The notes beneath the pieces are model-generated. The model did no database searches and was not told where the DNA came from. It saw only the letters and a program-made list of their open reading frames with translations. This document shows, one piece after another, positions 44,381-54,826 of a stretch of 64,000 bases of DNA. The stretch comes from a virus, in the IMG/VR virus record IMGVR_UViG_3300027905_000001, positions 1 through 64,000 of that record; one strand, written 5' to 3'. The position numbers and the translations under genes were made by a program. Numbering within the stretch: position 1 is the first letter of the stretch; every line of letters starts with the position of its first letter.

Positions 44381-46380
44381 TATTCTTGTACCTCCACTCT
44401 CAAAATAGGATCTTCCACACTGACGATCAACTTAATAACCTGCGAATTTACCCCCACAAAACTGCTCAAGCTTTCCGCGTTATCGACAAAAATAGGGCAA
44501 CTAACTCCATAAAACTCTGACAGCAAATTGATAATTTCTAATCCGGTATTAATTTTTCCACCGTTATTAGCACCATCGAATTCAACGAGCACTCCGTTCG
44601 TATCTACCAGTGTCCGACAAACTTCTTTCTCCGTCCCATCGTTCAGGGTGTCAAACAACTTGAACTTGACTGTTTCGAACTTGCTATTAATCCTATCTTC
44701 CAGCATTTTCACTTTCGCACTTGTGAACTGTTTAATCAGGAAATCGTGTCGTTCGTATTCGCTGAGTTCTTGTGCAAGTTTGCTTTCCTCTGCCTTTAGC
44801 TCATTAATGCGAATATGGGCCTTTTCGACTACTTCCTTCTGATTCAAGGTTTTGTTCAGGGCTTCAATTGTGTCTGCAATTTCTTGCTTTCTGGCTAGGA
44901 TTTCGGTTGTTGTATCTTCGACGGGCTTGTCCAGTTCGACGTTAATCCTGTCTAGAGTGGCTTTAAATACAGAATAAGTGCTGTCTGCATCATAATTAAC
45001 GACTGTCGGTTGTTGCTGCTCTGTTATTGCGGTTTCTAATTCGGAAAGGCGAATATTGATTCTTTTCAAAGATTCTTCCAACGTGCTGAGACTCGCAGAA
45101 TCTATTTCCTTTTCCTCGTTAAGAACTTCGGCCCTAGCCGCCTTATCTTTGCCCTTGGCGCGAATAGATGCCAATGCCTGAACTTTGTCCTTGTCGAAAT
45201 TCTCTTTCAGCTTATCTATCTTTTCTTGAGTTTTTCCTTCGGGCAAAGGTTGTTCGCAAGTTGGACAATTAAAGCCTTCTGGAGCTACAAATTGCCTCGA
45301 ATTTTCTTCGCTCCACTCTTTGCGAAGTTCGATAATTTTTCCAGCAATTGCATCAAGTTCCGCAATTCTTACAAGGGAATTAGAGCCTAACCTCGATACT
45401 TCCTTGGAAATGGAATACTTTTCACCTTCAAGATTTGCTTTTTCGTCAACCAACTTTTTGGATTCAGCCCCAGCTTTTACTTCAAGTTCTAACTTCCGCC
45501 CATTAATCTGATTCTGTAATGCATACGCCTGTTGCTGTTTCTGACGATACAAACTAGCCCCTTGAGCGTTTGTAGCTAGCTCTAATTCAATGCCCTGTAA
45601 AGTGGCTTTCTGCTCCTGTAGCGAGGTTTCTATAGCTGTGTAGTCAACCTCATCTACGGATATCGACCGTTGCTGTTCACTGATTCTGGCAGGTATCCCA
45701 TCAAGATCCTTTTTGGTGTTTTTGATCTTCTCGGCTATGACTAATTTGTGATTTTCGATTGTTCTGCCCGAATTGATTACGGTTAAAAGGTCCAACATGC
45801 TTTTATCGGATGCTGTTACGCATGAATCAATAACGCCTGAGTCTGATAAATTACCTGATATTTCGAACAGAATCTTGCGCCGTTCTTGCCAAGTCCAGCC
45901 CTTGCCATCCGTATTGAAAAAGAGGGGATTCGTTAGGAGTTTGAAGATATTTTCTTTTATGAGAAGGTTAATTTCTAGGACATAATCCTTGGCTTTCACA
46001 GGGACGTCGTTTACCCAGTAGGACGTTTCATTTCCGTCAAAGATGGTTTCTTGCGAACCTCTTTTTTTAACCCATTTTTCTGAGAGTTGGCGCTTTAGTT
46101 TTAGAGACTTGCCGTTTACAAGAAAGATTCCCTCGACGCTTGATTCAAGATGATGGATTTCGTTGCCGTCTTTGTCTTGTGGTTTTATTTGGTAGTCTGA
46201 TCTTCCGTCCGAATCCTTTCCAAATAAAAGCCACTGACTAGAGTTATAAATCGTGGATTTATAAGTTGCATTTCTTCCGTAAACATCAGCATTTTTTCCG
46301 TTTAACTCAAGGGTAAAATCCTCTACGCCTTTGAAATTAATTAGGTGCAGTGATTGTAATTGAATAATAGTTTGATTCAT
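44380..46380 (-). CDS. SbcC/Rad50-like ATPase with long coiled coil
   Basis: 666 aa; N-terminal P-loop-like YGRNATYKSTI, central coiled-coil, C-terminal ATPase lobe; adjacent to recT. Confidence 0.6.
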   Translation of the reverse strand: MNQTIIQLQSLHLINFKGVEDFTLELNGKNADVYGRNATYKSTIYNSSQWLLFGKDSDGRSDYQIKPQDKDGNEIHHLESSVEGIFLVNGKSLKLKRQLSEKWVKKRGSQETIFDGNETSYWVNDVPVKAKDYVLEINLLIKENIFKLLTNPLFFNTDGKGWTWQERRKILFEISGNLSDSGVIDSCVTASDKSMLDLLTVINSGRTIENHKLVIAEKIKNTKKDLDGIPARISEQQRSISVDEVDYTAIETSLQEQKATLQGIELELATNAQGASLYRQKQQQAYALQNQINGRKLELEVKAGAESKKLVDEKANLEGEKYSISKEVSRLGSNSLVRIAELDAIAGKIIELRKEWSEENSRQFVAPEGFNCPTCEQPLPEGKTQEKIDKLKENFDKDKVQALASIRAKGKDKAARAEVLNEEKEIDSASLSTLEESLKRINIRLSELETAITEQQQPTVVNYDADSTYSVFKATLDRINVELDKPVEDTTTEILARKQEIADTIEALNKTLNQKEVVEKAHIRINELKAEESKLAQELSEYERHDFLIKQFTSAKVKMLEDRINSKFETVKFKLFDTLNDGTEKEVCRTLVDTNGVLVEFDGANNGGKINTGLEIINLLSEFYGVSCPIFVDNAESLSSFVGVNSQVIKLIVSVEDPILRVEVQE

Positions 46381-46776
46381 CTATTTCCCATCCTTTTCAG
46401 TTTTATTTTTCCACCACAACGGAAGATTTCTCCTAAACAAGGGCTTATCTCCATCCCAACCGTCGATATTATAAATCGGTATCATCTCCATTAACGCGAC
46501 ATTATGCTCCCTATTGCACCCTTCCGACTGCTCCCAAGCCCCGCATAAAAATATTGCATCGCAGCTACTTACAAGCTCCTCGCAAAAGGTCAGAGCTAAT
46601 GCTCGTTGTTCTGGTACTTTGTCGCTGAGATAGGAAAAAGAGTGAACTGGCGAGATTGGGATAACGCCGAACTTTGTTAATGCTTGGCAGATGTGCGTGA
46701 TGGCTTGGAGGTTTTGCTTTTTGCCGTTGAAGGGGTGGCAGATATACACTTTTTTCATAATTGTCCTCCTTCGCAT
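46381..46776 (-). CDS. Nucleoside 2-deoxyribosyltransferase-like (DUF4406-type) protein
   Basis: VYICHPF...CDAIFLCGAWEQSEGCNREHNVA pattern. Confidence 0.55.
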   Translation of the reverse strand: MRRRTIMKKVYICHPFNGKKQNLQAITHICQALTKFGVIPISPVHSFSYLSDKVPEQRALALTFCEELVSSCDAIFLCGAWEQSEGCNREHNVALMEMIPIYNIDGWDGDKPLFRRNLPLWWKNKTEKDGK

Positions 46777-47183
46777 TCACACGGTCCGACCTGTTCTAAA
46801 TCTCCCTCGCATGGTCTATAATAGGGTTGAGATATTTTTTCTTCGTCCGGGGTTCCCTCTGCAAAGGGAGCCTCTTCTTTTTGCATAACTAAGCTAATAA
46901 GCGTTTCTCCTTCGTAATCGATAAAGTACAACTCACATTCAGCACCATTCATGGGGTCAACATAAGTAGTAGATGGTCCATGATAACAAAGCTCGGGAAA
47001 AACAAAGTCTAACTCGCTGTTAATGATGGCATCTACTTTGTCCCAACTCACATTCGGCATAGAAACTACTCTGATCACTGATGTTCCGTCGTTAAGGAAT
47101 TCAAGGCCAGATCTATGGATTAAGCTTGGATATTCGGCTAACCCTTGGACCGCTTGAAGTTGTTCGATTGTAAGTCTTTTCAT
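46755..47183 (-). CDS. Hypothetical protein (142 aa)
   Basis: ORF track frame. Confidence 0.45.
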   Translation of the reverse strand: MKRLTIEQLQAVQGLAEYPSLIHRSGLEFLNDGTSVIRVVSMPNVSWDKVDAIINSELDFVFPELCYHGPSTTYVDPMNGAECELYFIDYEGETLISLVMQKEEAPFAEGTPDEEKISQPYYRPCEGDLEQVGPCECEGGQL

Positions 47184-47403
47184 TTACTCACTCCCCTTCA
47201 TTCTTCATCATCCAGAAAACTCTCAAAAATCAACGTGTCTTCATACGTGTTGTCCGCCTTACCGTATAACCACCAATCCATCATTACGTTATACTACCTC
47301 TTTTCTTTAAAGATGCTTTATCCTAGCAATTTAAAGAAAGAGATATAACACATAATATGCTCTAGGTGGTTCGAGCTTTAGTTAACTAAAGCGTTTAAGT
47401 GAA

Positions 47404-48351
47404 TCATGTTAGTTTTTTACCAATTTCCAAGATAACTTTGGTAGTGCAAGCGTCACCAGCTCCTCGATACATTTGTGTGTCGCTAATTCCTGCAAGCATG
47501 ACCTTATCTATGATTAAGTCAGATATGCTCTGAAGCCTCCAAAACTCACGAGGAGTTAGCCTTCTTAATCTTCCTTCAATAAGTATCTTGGGTTGCCTAT
47601 TCCCGCCTTCACAGGGGGTTATGCAAGGACTTAAGCCATCAATTCCATATACTCTGCGAATATTGTCTTGACCATGTATATCCAGCATCCCGATGACATT
47701 AATCATTGTCATACCGCTGTGATTTCCCCCGCTATGTCCCCCTGCCGTTAATGTTCTAGCAACTGTGGTTTTTGTTGACTTGCCGATTGTAGAATATTCG
47801 TTAACTTCGTATTCGAGAGGAAATACTTTTCCAGTACCTCGTCCTCTAAGATGTCCGACAGTGAACACCCTCTCCCGATTTTGTGGGACTCCGAAGTTTT
47901 TGCTGTTGAGCAGTTCCCACTCCACGTCATACCCCAGTGCGTCCATTTGATAGAGTATTTCGAGGTAGTCAAATCCTTTATTGCTGGATAGCATTCCCTT
48001 AACGTTTTCATAGAGAATATACTTGGGTCGATATTCTTCTGGAGTCTCCCTGACGAGTCTAAATACTTCTGAAACAAGAGAACTTCTGTCTCCCTCAAGC
48101 CCTGCTCGCTTTCCTGCAATACTAAAGTCTTGGCAAGGTGCTCCGAAGCACCACATGTCTGCCCTTGGAATGTCTGTAGCATTAGTTGCTCTAATGTCTG
48201 CACCTTCTGGCTCCTTCCCAAAAATTATTTTGTATATTTGTCGTTTGTGCTTGTCCCATTCAACCGAGTAAACACATTTATGTCCAGCTTGCTCCATGCC
48301 CATTCGGATTGTGCCGATTCCACAGAAGAGATCGATGAAGGTTAAATTCAT
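47404..48351 (-). CDS. DNA (cytosine-5)-methyltransferase
   Basis: FCGIGT (motif I-like), PCQDFS (catalytic PC motif), ENV motif. Confidence 0.85.
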   Translation of the reverse strand: MNLTFIDLFCGIGTIRMGMEQAGHKCVYSVEWDKHKRQIYKIIFGKEPEGADIRATNATDIPRADMWCFGAPCQDFSIAGKRAGLEGDRSSLVSEVFRLVRETPEEYRPKYILYENVKGMLSSNKGFDYLEILYQMDALGYDVEWELLNSKNFGVPQNRERVFTVGHLRGRGTGKVFPLEYEVNEYSTIGKSTKTTVARTLTAGGHSGGNHSGMTMINVIGMLDIHGQDNIRRVYGIDGLSPCITPCEGGNRQPKILIEGRLRRLTPREFWRLQSISDLIIDKVMLAGISDTQMYRGAGDACTTKVILEIGKKLT

Positions 48352-48767
48352 ACGATTAACCCCTCTTTTATCAACATATCTTCTAAACTACGTCCAGTTG
48401 GCGTATACTGTTGGTGTATCGTTTCCTTTATGTCTTGGCTGTCCGTTGGCGCGGATAGCCTTTCTTCGCGTCCGGGTGCCCTCTTCAAGAAAAAGGTAAT
48501 ACTCGCTCCACTTGGATCATCAATGCCATACGCCTCATTAAATGTTCCATCTTCATCAAGAAGCACACTTGGCTTTCTGTAAACCGCGTCAGGGAATATC
48601 TTGTCTATTTCTACATCACACTCGTTGTAGTCGGCATTTGGTTGAGAGATGAAGTTAACCGTCCGCGAAATTCCTATGCCGCTGATGCTTGAATAAATGA
48701 ACAGTGATGGTACACGTTCACTGAGATTGACAATGGATAAAACTTGGTTATTGGTTAAGCCTCGCAT
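48348..48767 (-). CDS. Hypothetical protein (139 aa)
   Basis: ORF track frame, coupled to the C5-methyltransferase. Confidence 0.45.
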   Translation of the reverse strand: MRGLTNNQVLSIVNLSERVPSLFIYSSISGIGISRTVNFISQPNADYNECDVEIDKIFPDAVYRKPSVLLDEDGTFNEAYGIDDPSGASITFFLKRAPGREERLSAPTDSQDIKETIHQQYTPTGRSLEDMLIKEGLIV

Positions 48768-48927
48768 TTCCCTAACCCCCTCATATTCAGCGTTCTGACC
48801 TTTTCTGTGACACGATGCACTATCACCAAGCGGTCGGGGCAGTCAATTGAGATCAGCCACGCTTCGGGGTTAATGCCAAGCGCTTTGAGCTTTATCTTTT
48901 GTGAGCGAGTTGGACATTTTGCATTTT

Positions 48928-49185
48928 TCATCGTTCAATCCCCCACTGACAGCTATCCACATAAAGCGGTACAACCTGCCTCTGCGCCATCATGCGCGTA
49001 TCTACATAATCAACAACCTTATCCATCTCTGTATCCCTCATGCCCTGCATGATCAGTTGCCAGTCGTGATGATGCTCCTGCTTTTTAACCTTAGCTCGCT
49101 GACTGAGTTTTTCGCGCTTGTACGCTTCGATTTCGCGTCTGATGATGCTGCGCTTAAGGATCCAGCGCAGTAGTTTTTCTAGCAT
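48928..49185 (-). CDS. Hypothetical protein (85 aa)
   Basis: ORF track frame. Confidence 0.4.
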   Translation of the reverse strand: MLEKLLRWILKRSIIRREIEAYKREKLSQRAKVKKQEHHHDWQLIMQGMRDTEMDKVVDYVDTRMMAQRQVVPLYVDSCQWGIER

Positions 49186-49379
49186 TTTGATGCTCTCCTT
49201 TTTCGTTTATTTCTCACCTTTGCCCCTTTAGTAGCAAATGGGATAACAAGTTGAGAAAACCATACGCCGCCTTCATCCATCTCCCAAATTGTCCCGCATG
49301 GGCATGTAGTTTTTATCTGTCCATCGGGGAAATTCATCACTTTGCCGCAAGTGCAGATTTGGTCCTTTTGTTTGGTCAT
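49179..49379 (-). CDS. Small zinc-ribbon protein (66 aa)
   Basis: CTCGK...CPCG. Confidence 0.4.
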   Translation of the reverse strand: MTKQKDQICTCGKVMNFPDGQIKTTCPCGTIWEMDEGGVWFSQLVIPFATKGAKVRNKRKRRASKC

Positions 49380-49392
49380 AAAGGATGCCTCC

Positions 49393-49683
49393 TTAAATCC
49401 TTATACTTTCACCAAGCTCCTTTTCAATGCGCTCAACTTCAGACATCAGTTCTCTAAACCCCGACGCTCTGCTTTCGCGAATCTGACGATGGAGCAAGAA
49501 CTTATAGGCTTGATTGATCGTGCTCACTGAACCCTCAAATACTAACCTTTCATCCCCGGCCTTAGCTCCCTCGCGTGTCTCTGTACCCTTTTGATCGTTT
49601 TTGTGTGTGCTTTTGCTATACACCGTCCATTGGTAAGGGTCTGAGATGACGCAATACTTTTCGTTGACATCGATTCTTGCCAT
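49393..49683 (-). CDS. Hypothetical protein (96 aa)
   Basis: ORF track frame. Confidence 0.4.
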   Translation of the reverse strand: MARIDVNEKYCVISDPYQWTVYSKSTHKNDQKGTETREGAKAGDERLVFEGSVSTINQAYKFLLHRQIRESRASGFRELMSEVERIEKELGESIRI

Positions 49684-49937
49684 TAGTAACTCCTTCCACC
49701 CAACAGATTCTTCATTTGCGATAAAAACCTCATTCTTGGATTTGTGCTACGAGCCATAGCAGAGTTCATAACATCTTGGGATTCGCGCTTTTGCTTGCGG
49801 GTTTCTTTCTTGGACCCCCACACAAAATGACGAACGCAATGATAGGTTTTCTCCATGTAATCCCAATAGGATAGCCCTTGCTTTCTTGCAGCTTGACTGG
49901 CTTGGTTTGCCGTGTTATTGCTTTTCATTTTGTTCAA
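49683..49937 (-). CDS. Hypothetical basic protein (84 aa)
   Basis: ORF track frame. Confidence 0.35.
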   Translation of the reverse strand: MNKMKSNNTANQASQAARKQGLSYWDYMEKTYHCVRHFVWGSKKETRKQKRESQDVMNSAMARSTNPRMRFLSQMKNLLGGRSY

Positions 49938-50172
49938 CCTCTTTCTCGTCTTCGATGGCCTCGCTTAAATCAATCTGCCCCTTGGCTAATTCGATCAACT
50001 TGGCATTTTCAGCCTTGAGTTGGTCGAGTTCGTTTACTGGTTCATCTTTCCATCCAACTAACGTTTCGCCAGTTCCGGCACATTCATAACAAACCGCGTT
50101 ATATCCAGTTCCATAACCGAAAAATCCTCCACCATTACATTTTGAGCAAGGCGTTGTTATCGGTTTTTTCAT
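49915..50172 (-). CDS. Small zinc-ribbon protein (85 aa)
   Basis: CSKCNGGG...CYECAGTG. Confidence 0.4.
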   Translation of the reverse strand: MKKPITTPCSKCNGGGFFGYGTGYNAVCYECAGTGETLVGWKDEPVNELDQLKAENAKLIELAKGQIDLSEAIEDEKEVEQNEKQ

Positions 50173-50186
50173 GAACTATCTCCTTT

Positions 50187-50375
50187 CTACGCTACCTGAT
50201 ATCTCCTGATTAATCCGAGCGTAATCTCCGCCACTTGGACCGCATACGCCATGCTTGTCATCTTTCCAAGGTTGACATTATTAGCTCGTATGTCATTAGT
50301 GGTTAACGCCATGACTTCGCGAAATTCTGCGTTAGTCATTGAGCCTAATTTGGCTTCTAGGGTTTTTCTGAGCAT
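50187..50375 (-). CDS. Hypothetical protein (62 aa)
   Basis: ORF track frame. Confidence 0.35.
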   Translation of the reverse strand: MLRKTLEAKLGSMTNAEFREVMALTTNDIRANNVNLGKMTSMAYAVQVAEITLGLIRRYQVA

Positions 50376-50596
50376 GTTTTCGCCTCGCTTTCCTCGTTCT
50401 TGCGGTTAGCGAATTGGCAATTACCTACGCCAACCATCCCACCACATTCCTTTTCGCAATAATACTCAGTAGTCGGAGCTAAGACATGGCATTTGGGTAG
50501 ATTGCCGCATACCGCACATTGGCACTCCTTGCATGCTGGACCGCGTTCAATCCTCATTAATCTACTCCTTTCTACACAATCCTCAGCGGACACCAT
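50357..50596 (-). CDS. Small Cys-rich protein (79 aa)
   Basis: CKECQCAVCGN...C. Confidence 0.35.
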   Translation of the reverse strand: MVSAEDCVERSRLMRIERGPACKECQCAVCGNLPKCHVLAPTTEYYCEKECGGMVGVGNCQFANRKNEESEAKTCSEKP

Positions 50597-50854
50597 TCCG
50601 GGCTTGTCCTGGTATTAATCGACGGTATGCGGGTTGCACACTTCTTCGTGGACTGTGGCGCTTTAGGGTGATTGCAAAGGCTCTTTCTGCCTGAGCGTAT
50701 GAGCCATGGGCAGGTCTTGCATCTTGGTAGGATCATGGGGTTATCTCCTTTCGTCATCTAGTGATCCCATAAAAAACGAACGCCACCGCGAGGATAACAA
50801 CTATTAGGCTTATCACTTTTGTTCTCACCTCCCTTCGTGCCAACGTTTTCACAA

Positions 50855-51694
50855 TCACTCATTGGCTTTCACAAACCGTTCGCGCATATCGTCGATAAGT
50901 TTCAGATCGTTTTCGGTTAGTTGGGCATCATCAGGGACCTTCTCTGTCAACGCCTCCATAACGCTCTCATTCCACCTAATCTGATAGCCGCTATGCCCAT
51001 TCTTCACATAAGGGAATTCTTCGCCATAAGGTTTTCCAGCTTCCGTAATACGCCAATCCTTATTGCCTTTGGCATCTACTTGTTGTTCCAGTAATCCTTT
51101 AGCGAGTAATGCCTTATTCGCATTGACCGCACTAATTCCAAGACGTTTACCAACTTCGGTAGGATTTAAGTATCCGGTTTCGTGTTCGGCAGCAGGGAGA
51201 CATTTCGCAATATCCTGTAAATTTAGGCCGCTGTTTGTTTCTACTGCGCGAATACATGCGGCCTGGGCTATGCCGATACTTATACCTAGCTTTTCTTTGA
51301 GATATTCCGCTGTGTCAAATGCGTCTTTGATTGCTGGCCGGACGCGGGAAGATGTTCTCTTTTGCTTTGGCGCGGTTAACGTCTTCTCCATTTCCTCAAA
51401 CTTGGTCACGTAAGTTGCTGTGAAGAGTACGCCCTTTTCGCCTGTCATTTTGTTGGCTACCATGTCGCAGCCTTTGCGGGTTAGGAGGTAGCAGGGGCGG
51501 CTTTCGCCTTTGGCATCAATGTAAGTACTCGGGATGAAGAAATCTAACGAACGGAATTCTCCGTTGGTTAAGTGGGTTTCATACGTAGCGATCTTAGCGA
51601 GTAGGTCAGAATGCCTAACGTCTGTCATTTCGGCGGCATCCCGGCTGTCAATTACATAAACCCCGTCTTGGTTGATAACTTGCAATTTGTTCAT
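50855..51694 (-). CDS. Phage regulatory protein, Rha/antirepressor-like N-terminal domain
   Basis: 279 aa; VIDSRDAAEMTDVRHSDLLAKI near N-terminus. Confidence 0.55.
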   Translation of the reverse strand: MNKLQVINQDGVYVIDSRDAAEMTDVRHSDLLAKIATYETHLTNGEFRSLDFFIPSTYIDAKGESRPCYLLTRKGCDMVANKMTGEKGVLFTATYVTKFEEMEKTLTAPKQKRTSSRVRPAIKDAFDTAEYLKEKLGISIGIAQAACIRAVETNSGLNLQDIAKCLPAAEHETGYLNPTEVGKRLGISAVNANKALLAKGLLEQQVDAKGNKDWRITEAGKPYGEEFPYVKNGHSGYQIRWNESVMEALTEKVPDDAQLTENDLKLIDDMRERFVKANE

Positions 51695-51697
51695 ATT

Positions 51698-52363
51698 TCA
51701 CCCCCTCGCTAACCGCTTTTTGGCGATATTTGACTTTTTAATCAATAAGTCTCTAATTTGGTAGTAATCGAATCCAAGTTCATAAAGTACAGCAATCTTA
51801 TGTGTTTGATTCTCAACAAGTTCCATTTCGCCAGAAGTCATAAAGTCGAGTGCGACAGCCTTTTTATCCGCTCCACGTTCCTTACGGATACTTGCGGCAA
51901 TTTTACCAAGAGCCGCTTTGTAGGATAGGTCGATAAAAAGTTTGTAATCCCACTCGCTACGATTTGGATTTTCCTTAATCCTATCTAGCAAAGGTTTGCG
52001 AGTTGGTTTGAGTGTCATTTTACCGATTTGGCGTTTTTGAAGTTCGGTTCGCATTTCGTAGAATTGGCGAACGAGTTCGGTTTTGAAATCAATTACAGTT
52101 TCGGTATTTCTCAGGAAGGTAACTAAGAGTGTTGCTTGCTCCTCGTTCAGGTGATAAACCTTTCTAATTTGCGTACCACCTTTTGTTTCAAAGGGTGTCA
52201 TTTCAAATGATACCCTTCCGAACTTTTCGAGCCGTTGCTGATGCTTTTCAATCAATAGATAAACTGAACGGTTTGCAATTTTTGCATACTCAGCGATTAC
52301 ATCACTCGTTGTAAATGGTATAGCCTTGATAGAGTTCGGTTCAAGAAAAACTAAGTCACCCAT
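51698..52363 (-). CDS. Phage regulatory protein, Rha/ORF6N-like
   Basis: 221 aa; IPFTTSDVIAEYAKIANRSVYLLIEKH N-terminal motif. Confidence 0.55.
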   Translation of the reverse strand: MGDLVFLEPNSIKAIPFTTSDVIAEYAKIANRSVYLLIEKHQQRLEKFGRVSFEMTPFETKGGTQIRKVYHLNEEQATLLVTFLRNTETVIDFKTELVRQFYEMRTELQKRQIGKMTLKPTRKPLLDRIKENPNRSEWDYKLFIDLSYKAALGKIAASIRKERGADKKAVALDFMTSGEMELVENQTHKIAVLYELGFDYYQIRDLLIKKSNIAKKRLARG

Positions 52364-52662
52364 TAAAATCCTCTCCTTGATTTAGTTGGCCGCTTTTTGA
52401 TTCGACTCTTGAGCTTGAACCAAATTGATAATCGCGATAACTCCTTCACGAATCTTCTTAGAGCTATAAATTGGAGGAAGATACGTGACTTTATTTTTTG
52501 ATGCCAAATAATTTCTCTCCTTTTCGTTTTATGTGTATAATACTTTCGCAAATAGTAAATAATATTAACGTCGAGATCAAATAAAAAGGAATTGCTTAGA
52601 AAAAGCGTGGACAAGTATTGCGTAAATGTAAATACAATTTATAATGTAACGTGTAAGTAATA

Positions 52663-52905
52663 TTAACGCAATGCGTCCAACACCGCCTCGGATTGGGCTT
52701 CCATTTCTACGTCTGGGAACAACTCGTTAACTGGAGTATCAAACAAGAAAGATAGCTTCAGCATTAACTTGCCACTAGGCGTTGCGTTGCCGTTCTCAAT
52801 ATACCTTATCATGGTCCCAGTAACTCCGACGGCAGCGCCTACTTTATCCTGTGTGCCATAGGCTCTTCTTAGTTGTTTGAATCTTTCTCGTTTATGTCTT
52901 GTCAT
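52663..52905 (-). CDS. Cro-like XRE-family HTH regulator (first gene of early operon)
   Basis: 80 aa; QDKVGAAVGVTGTMIRYIENGNATPS HTH; divergent from repressor gene. Confidence 0.7.
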   Translation of the reverse strand: MTRHKRERFKQLRRAYGTQDKVGAAVGVTGTMIRYIENGNATPSGKLMLKLSFLFDTPVNELFPDVEMEAQSEAVLDALR

Positions 52906-52985
52906 TCTGTATCACCACCTTTGTCCTTGATAGAATATTATCACGTAAATCATATTAACGCAATATGTAAATTATACTTTCTTTT
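52906..52985. promoter_or_regulatory. Divergent promoter/operator region of the lysogeny switch (ATATTAACG operator-like repeats)
   Basis: ATATTAACG at 52953-52961, with related copies at 52660-52668 and 52560-52568. Confidence 0.5.
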
Positions 52986-53345
52986 ATGGAAATGAGGAAA
53001 ATATTTATGATTATCGGTATGGGCAGTAGAATTAGAGTTCTTCGACTTGAACGAGGGTTAACACAGGACCAAATGGCATATAAACTGGACATGAATCGTG
53101 CGAATTTCTCACATTACGAAAGAGACACATCTTCCCCACCGTGCGAAGTTCTGGTCAAAATAGCTGATATTTTAAATACAACTACAGATTTCCTTCTTGG
53201 ACGCACAGATACTAATCCACCCGATGCTGCAACAATCAAACAACTACAAGGAATTAATGAATTACCGCAAGACAAGAGAAGATTTGTAATAAATATAATA
53301 AATTCGATTATTTCAGAAATAATCGAAGAGGCTAAGGAGGAATAG
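52986..53345 (+). CDS. CI-like XRE-family repressor (probable start at ATG 53007)
   Basis: N-terminal HTH (LERGLTQDQMAYKLDMNRANFSHYE); start of integrase gene follows immediately. Confidence 0.7.
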   Translation: MEMRKIFMIIGMGSRIRVLRLERGLTQDQMAYKLDMNRANFSHYERDTSSPPCEVLVKIADILNTTTDFLLGRTDTNPPDAATIKQLQGINELPQDKRRFVINIINSIISEIIEEAKEE

Positions 53346-53347
53346 GT

Positions 53348-54826
53348 ATGCATGGAATACTATACCTGCGCAAAAGCAGAGAAGATGAGCAATATGAAAA
53401 AAATACTGGCGAAGATGTTCTGCAAACCCATCGCGAACGTTTGGTTATGCTCTGTAAGTCGCGGGAAATTACCTTCGACGAACGCGCAGAGGTACGAAGC
53501 GGTGATACGATCGCAGGTCGGCCTAAATTTCAGAATATACTAGATACGGATCTCCCCTCTGGTCAATACTCTTGTATCATTGTTACTGAAATTTCTCGAC
53601 TTGGCAGAGGGGACATGGAGGATGCAGGAAGAATATACAAAACCATAATCCACAACGAGATTAAGATTGTCACGCCGAATAAAATATATGATCCGTTAAA
53701 CCCTTCCGATCTTCGCCAGCTAAGGTTCGAGCTATTCATGTCTCGGGAGGAATACGAAAGCATTAAGGAAAGACTATGGAATAATAGAAATTACCGGGCA
53801 ACACAAGGTTATGCCGGCAATTATATTGTCACGCTCGGTTTTCGCCAGTCCAGGGGGATAGTCGAGATAATCCCCGAAGAGGAAAAATTAGTGCTTGAAA
53901 TATTTACGATGCGCTCTGAAAATTACTCCTATCAAGAAATAGCGGATTACTTTAATTCCAGAAATTTAAAGACAAAACGCGGAACAAAGTATCATGAATC
54001 TACAATATATAAGATATTAAAAAATCCCAGGTATATAGGAGTGGCTAAGTGGCAAGGCAAGGAATATATAGCTAAGCACCCTGCGATAGTCTCATTGGAC
54101 CTATGGAACTCTGCGCAGGATATCAACGCTGAAAGACATCACAAGAGACGAGGGTCAAAAAACGATAACCCTTATCTAGTAGAGCTATACTGTCGAGAAT
54201 GCGGGCAAAGGATGTACGGGGAACGCTCTACCCCGCAAAGGGTAATAGATGGTGTTCGAAAGCTATATAAAAGCAGAGACATCTATATTTGTAGGGGCAG
54301 AAAAAGCATCCCTAAATGTTGGCACCACATAGGAGCCAGCGTTGTTCACTCGACCATCCTTGATGAGCTTGGGAAGATAATATCAGATCCGCAGATTTTT
54401 CTTGAGTTAGTCAACGAGAGAGAATCAAGACTTGGCGTCGATACTAATGGTTTATCAGATCAAGTGGATGAATTAAATAAGCAAGTCAAGGATAAAAACA
54501 TCCTTTTGGTAAAAATAGAGAACGATTATGAAAAAGGCGACCTATCCGCTTTGCTATATACTAAACACGTTGAAAAAATATCCAAAGAAATAGCATCTAT
54601 TGAAGGTAGGATAAAAAAAATTAAGGCCGATTTATTAAAATCAGCCATTAAGATTAGTCCTCCTATGGAATTACAATCAATTTTGAAAACATTCCTAAAT
54701 AACTGGAACGCCTATCCTAATAGTGACAAGAAGCTCATCATTAGATCATTTCTTCCCAGGGTTGAGGTGAACAAGCAGGGTGAATTCTTTATCGCTATTA
54801 CTTTGCCTGATTCTATCGAAATTTAG
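53348..54826 (+). CDS. Large serine recombinase (prophage integrase)
   Basis: 492 aa; N-terminal resolvase-type catalytic region (YLRKSRED), recombinase domain, Cys-containing zinc ribbon, coiled-coil C-terminus. Confidence 0.85.
   Translation: MHGILYLRKSREDEQYEKNTGEDVLQTHRERLVMLCKSREITFDERAEVRSGDTIAGRPKFQNILDTDLPSGQYSCIIVTEISRLGRGDMEDAGRIYKTIIHNEIKIVTPNKIYDPLNPSDLRQLRFELFMSREEYESIKERLWNNRNYRATQGYAGNYIVTLGFRQSRGIVEIIPEEEKLVLEIFTMRSENYSYQEIADYFNSRNLKTKRGTKYHESTIYKILKNPRYIGVAKWQGKEYIAKHPAIVSLDLWNSAQDINAERHHKRRGSKNDNPYLVELYCRECGQRMYGERSTPQRVIDGVRKLYKSRDIYICRGRKSIPKCWHHIGASVVHSTILDELGKIISDPQIFLELVNERESRLGVDTNGLSDQVDELNKQVKDKNILLVKIENDYEKGDLSALLYTKHVEKISKEIASIEGRIKKIKADLLKSAIKISPPMELQSILKTFLNNWNAYPNSDKKLIIRSFLPRVEVNKQGEFFIAITLPDSIEI

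Noticed and set aside
52363-52614. 83-aa minus-strand ORF between cro-like and Rha-like genes
   Set aside because: AT-rich, low-complexity basic translation overlapping operator-like repeats; an alternative 44-aa TTG-start frame exists but neither has convincing support.
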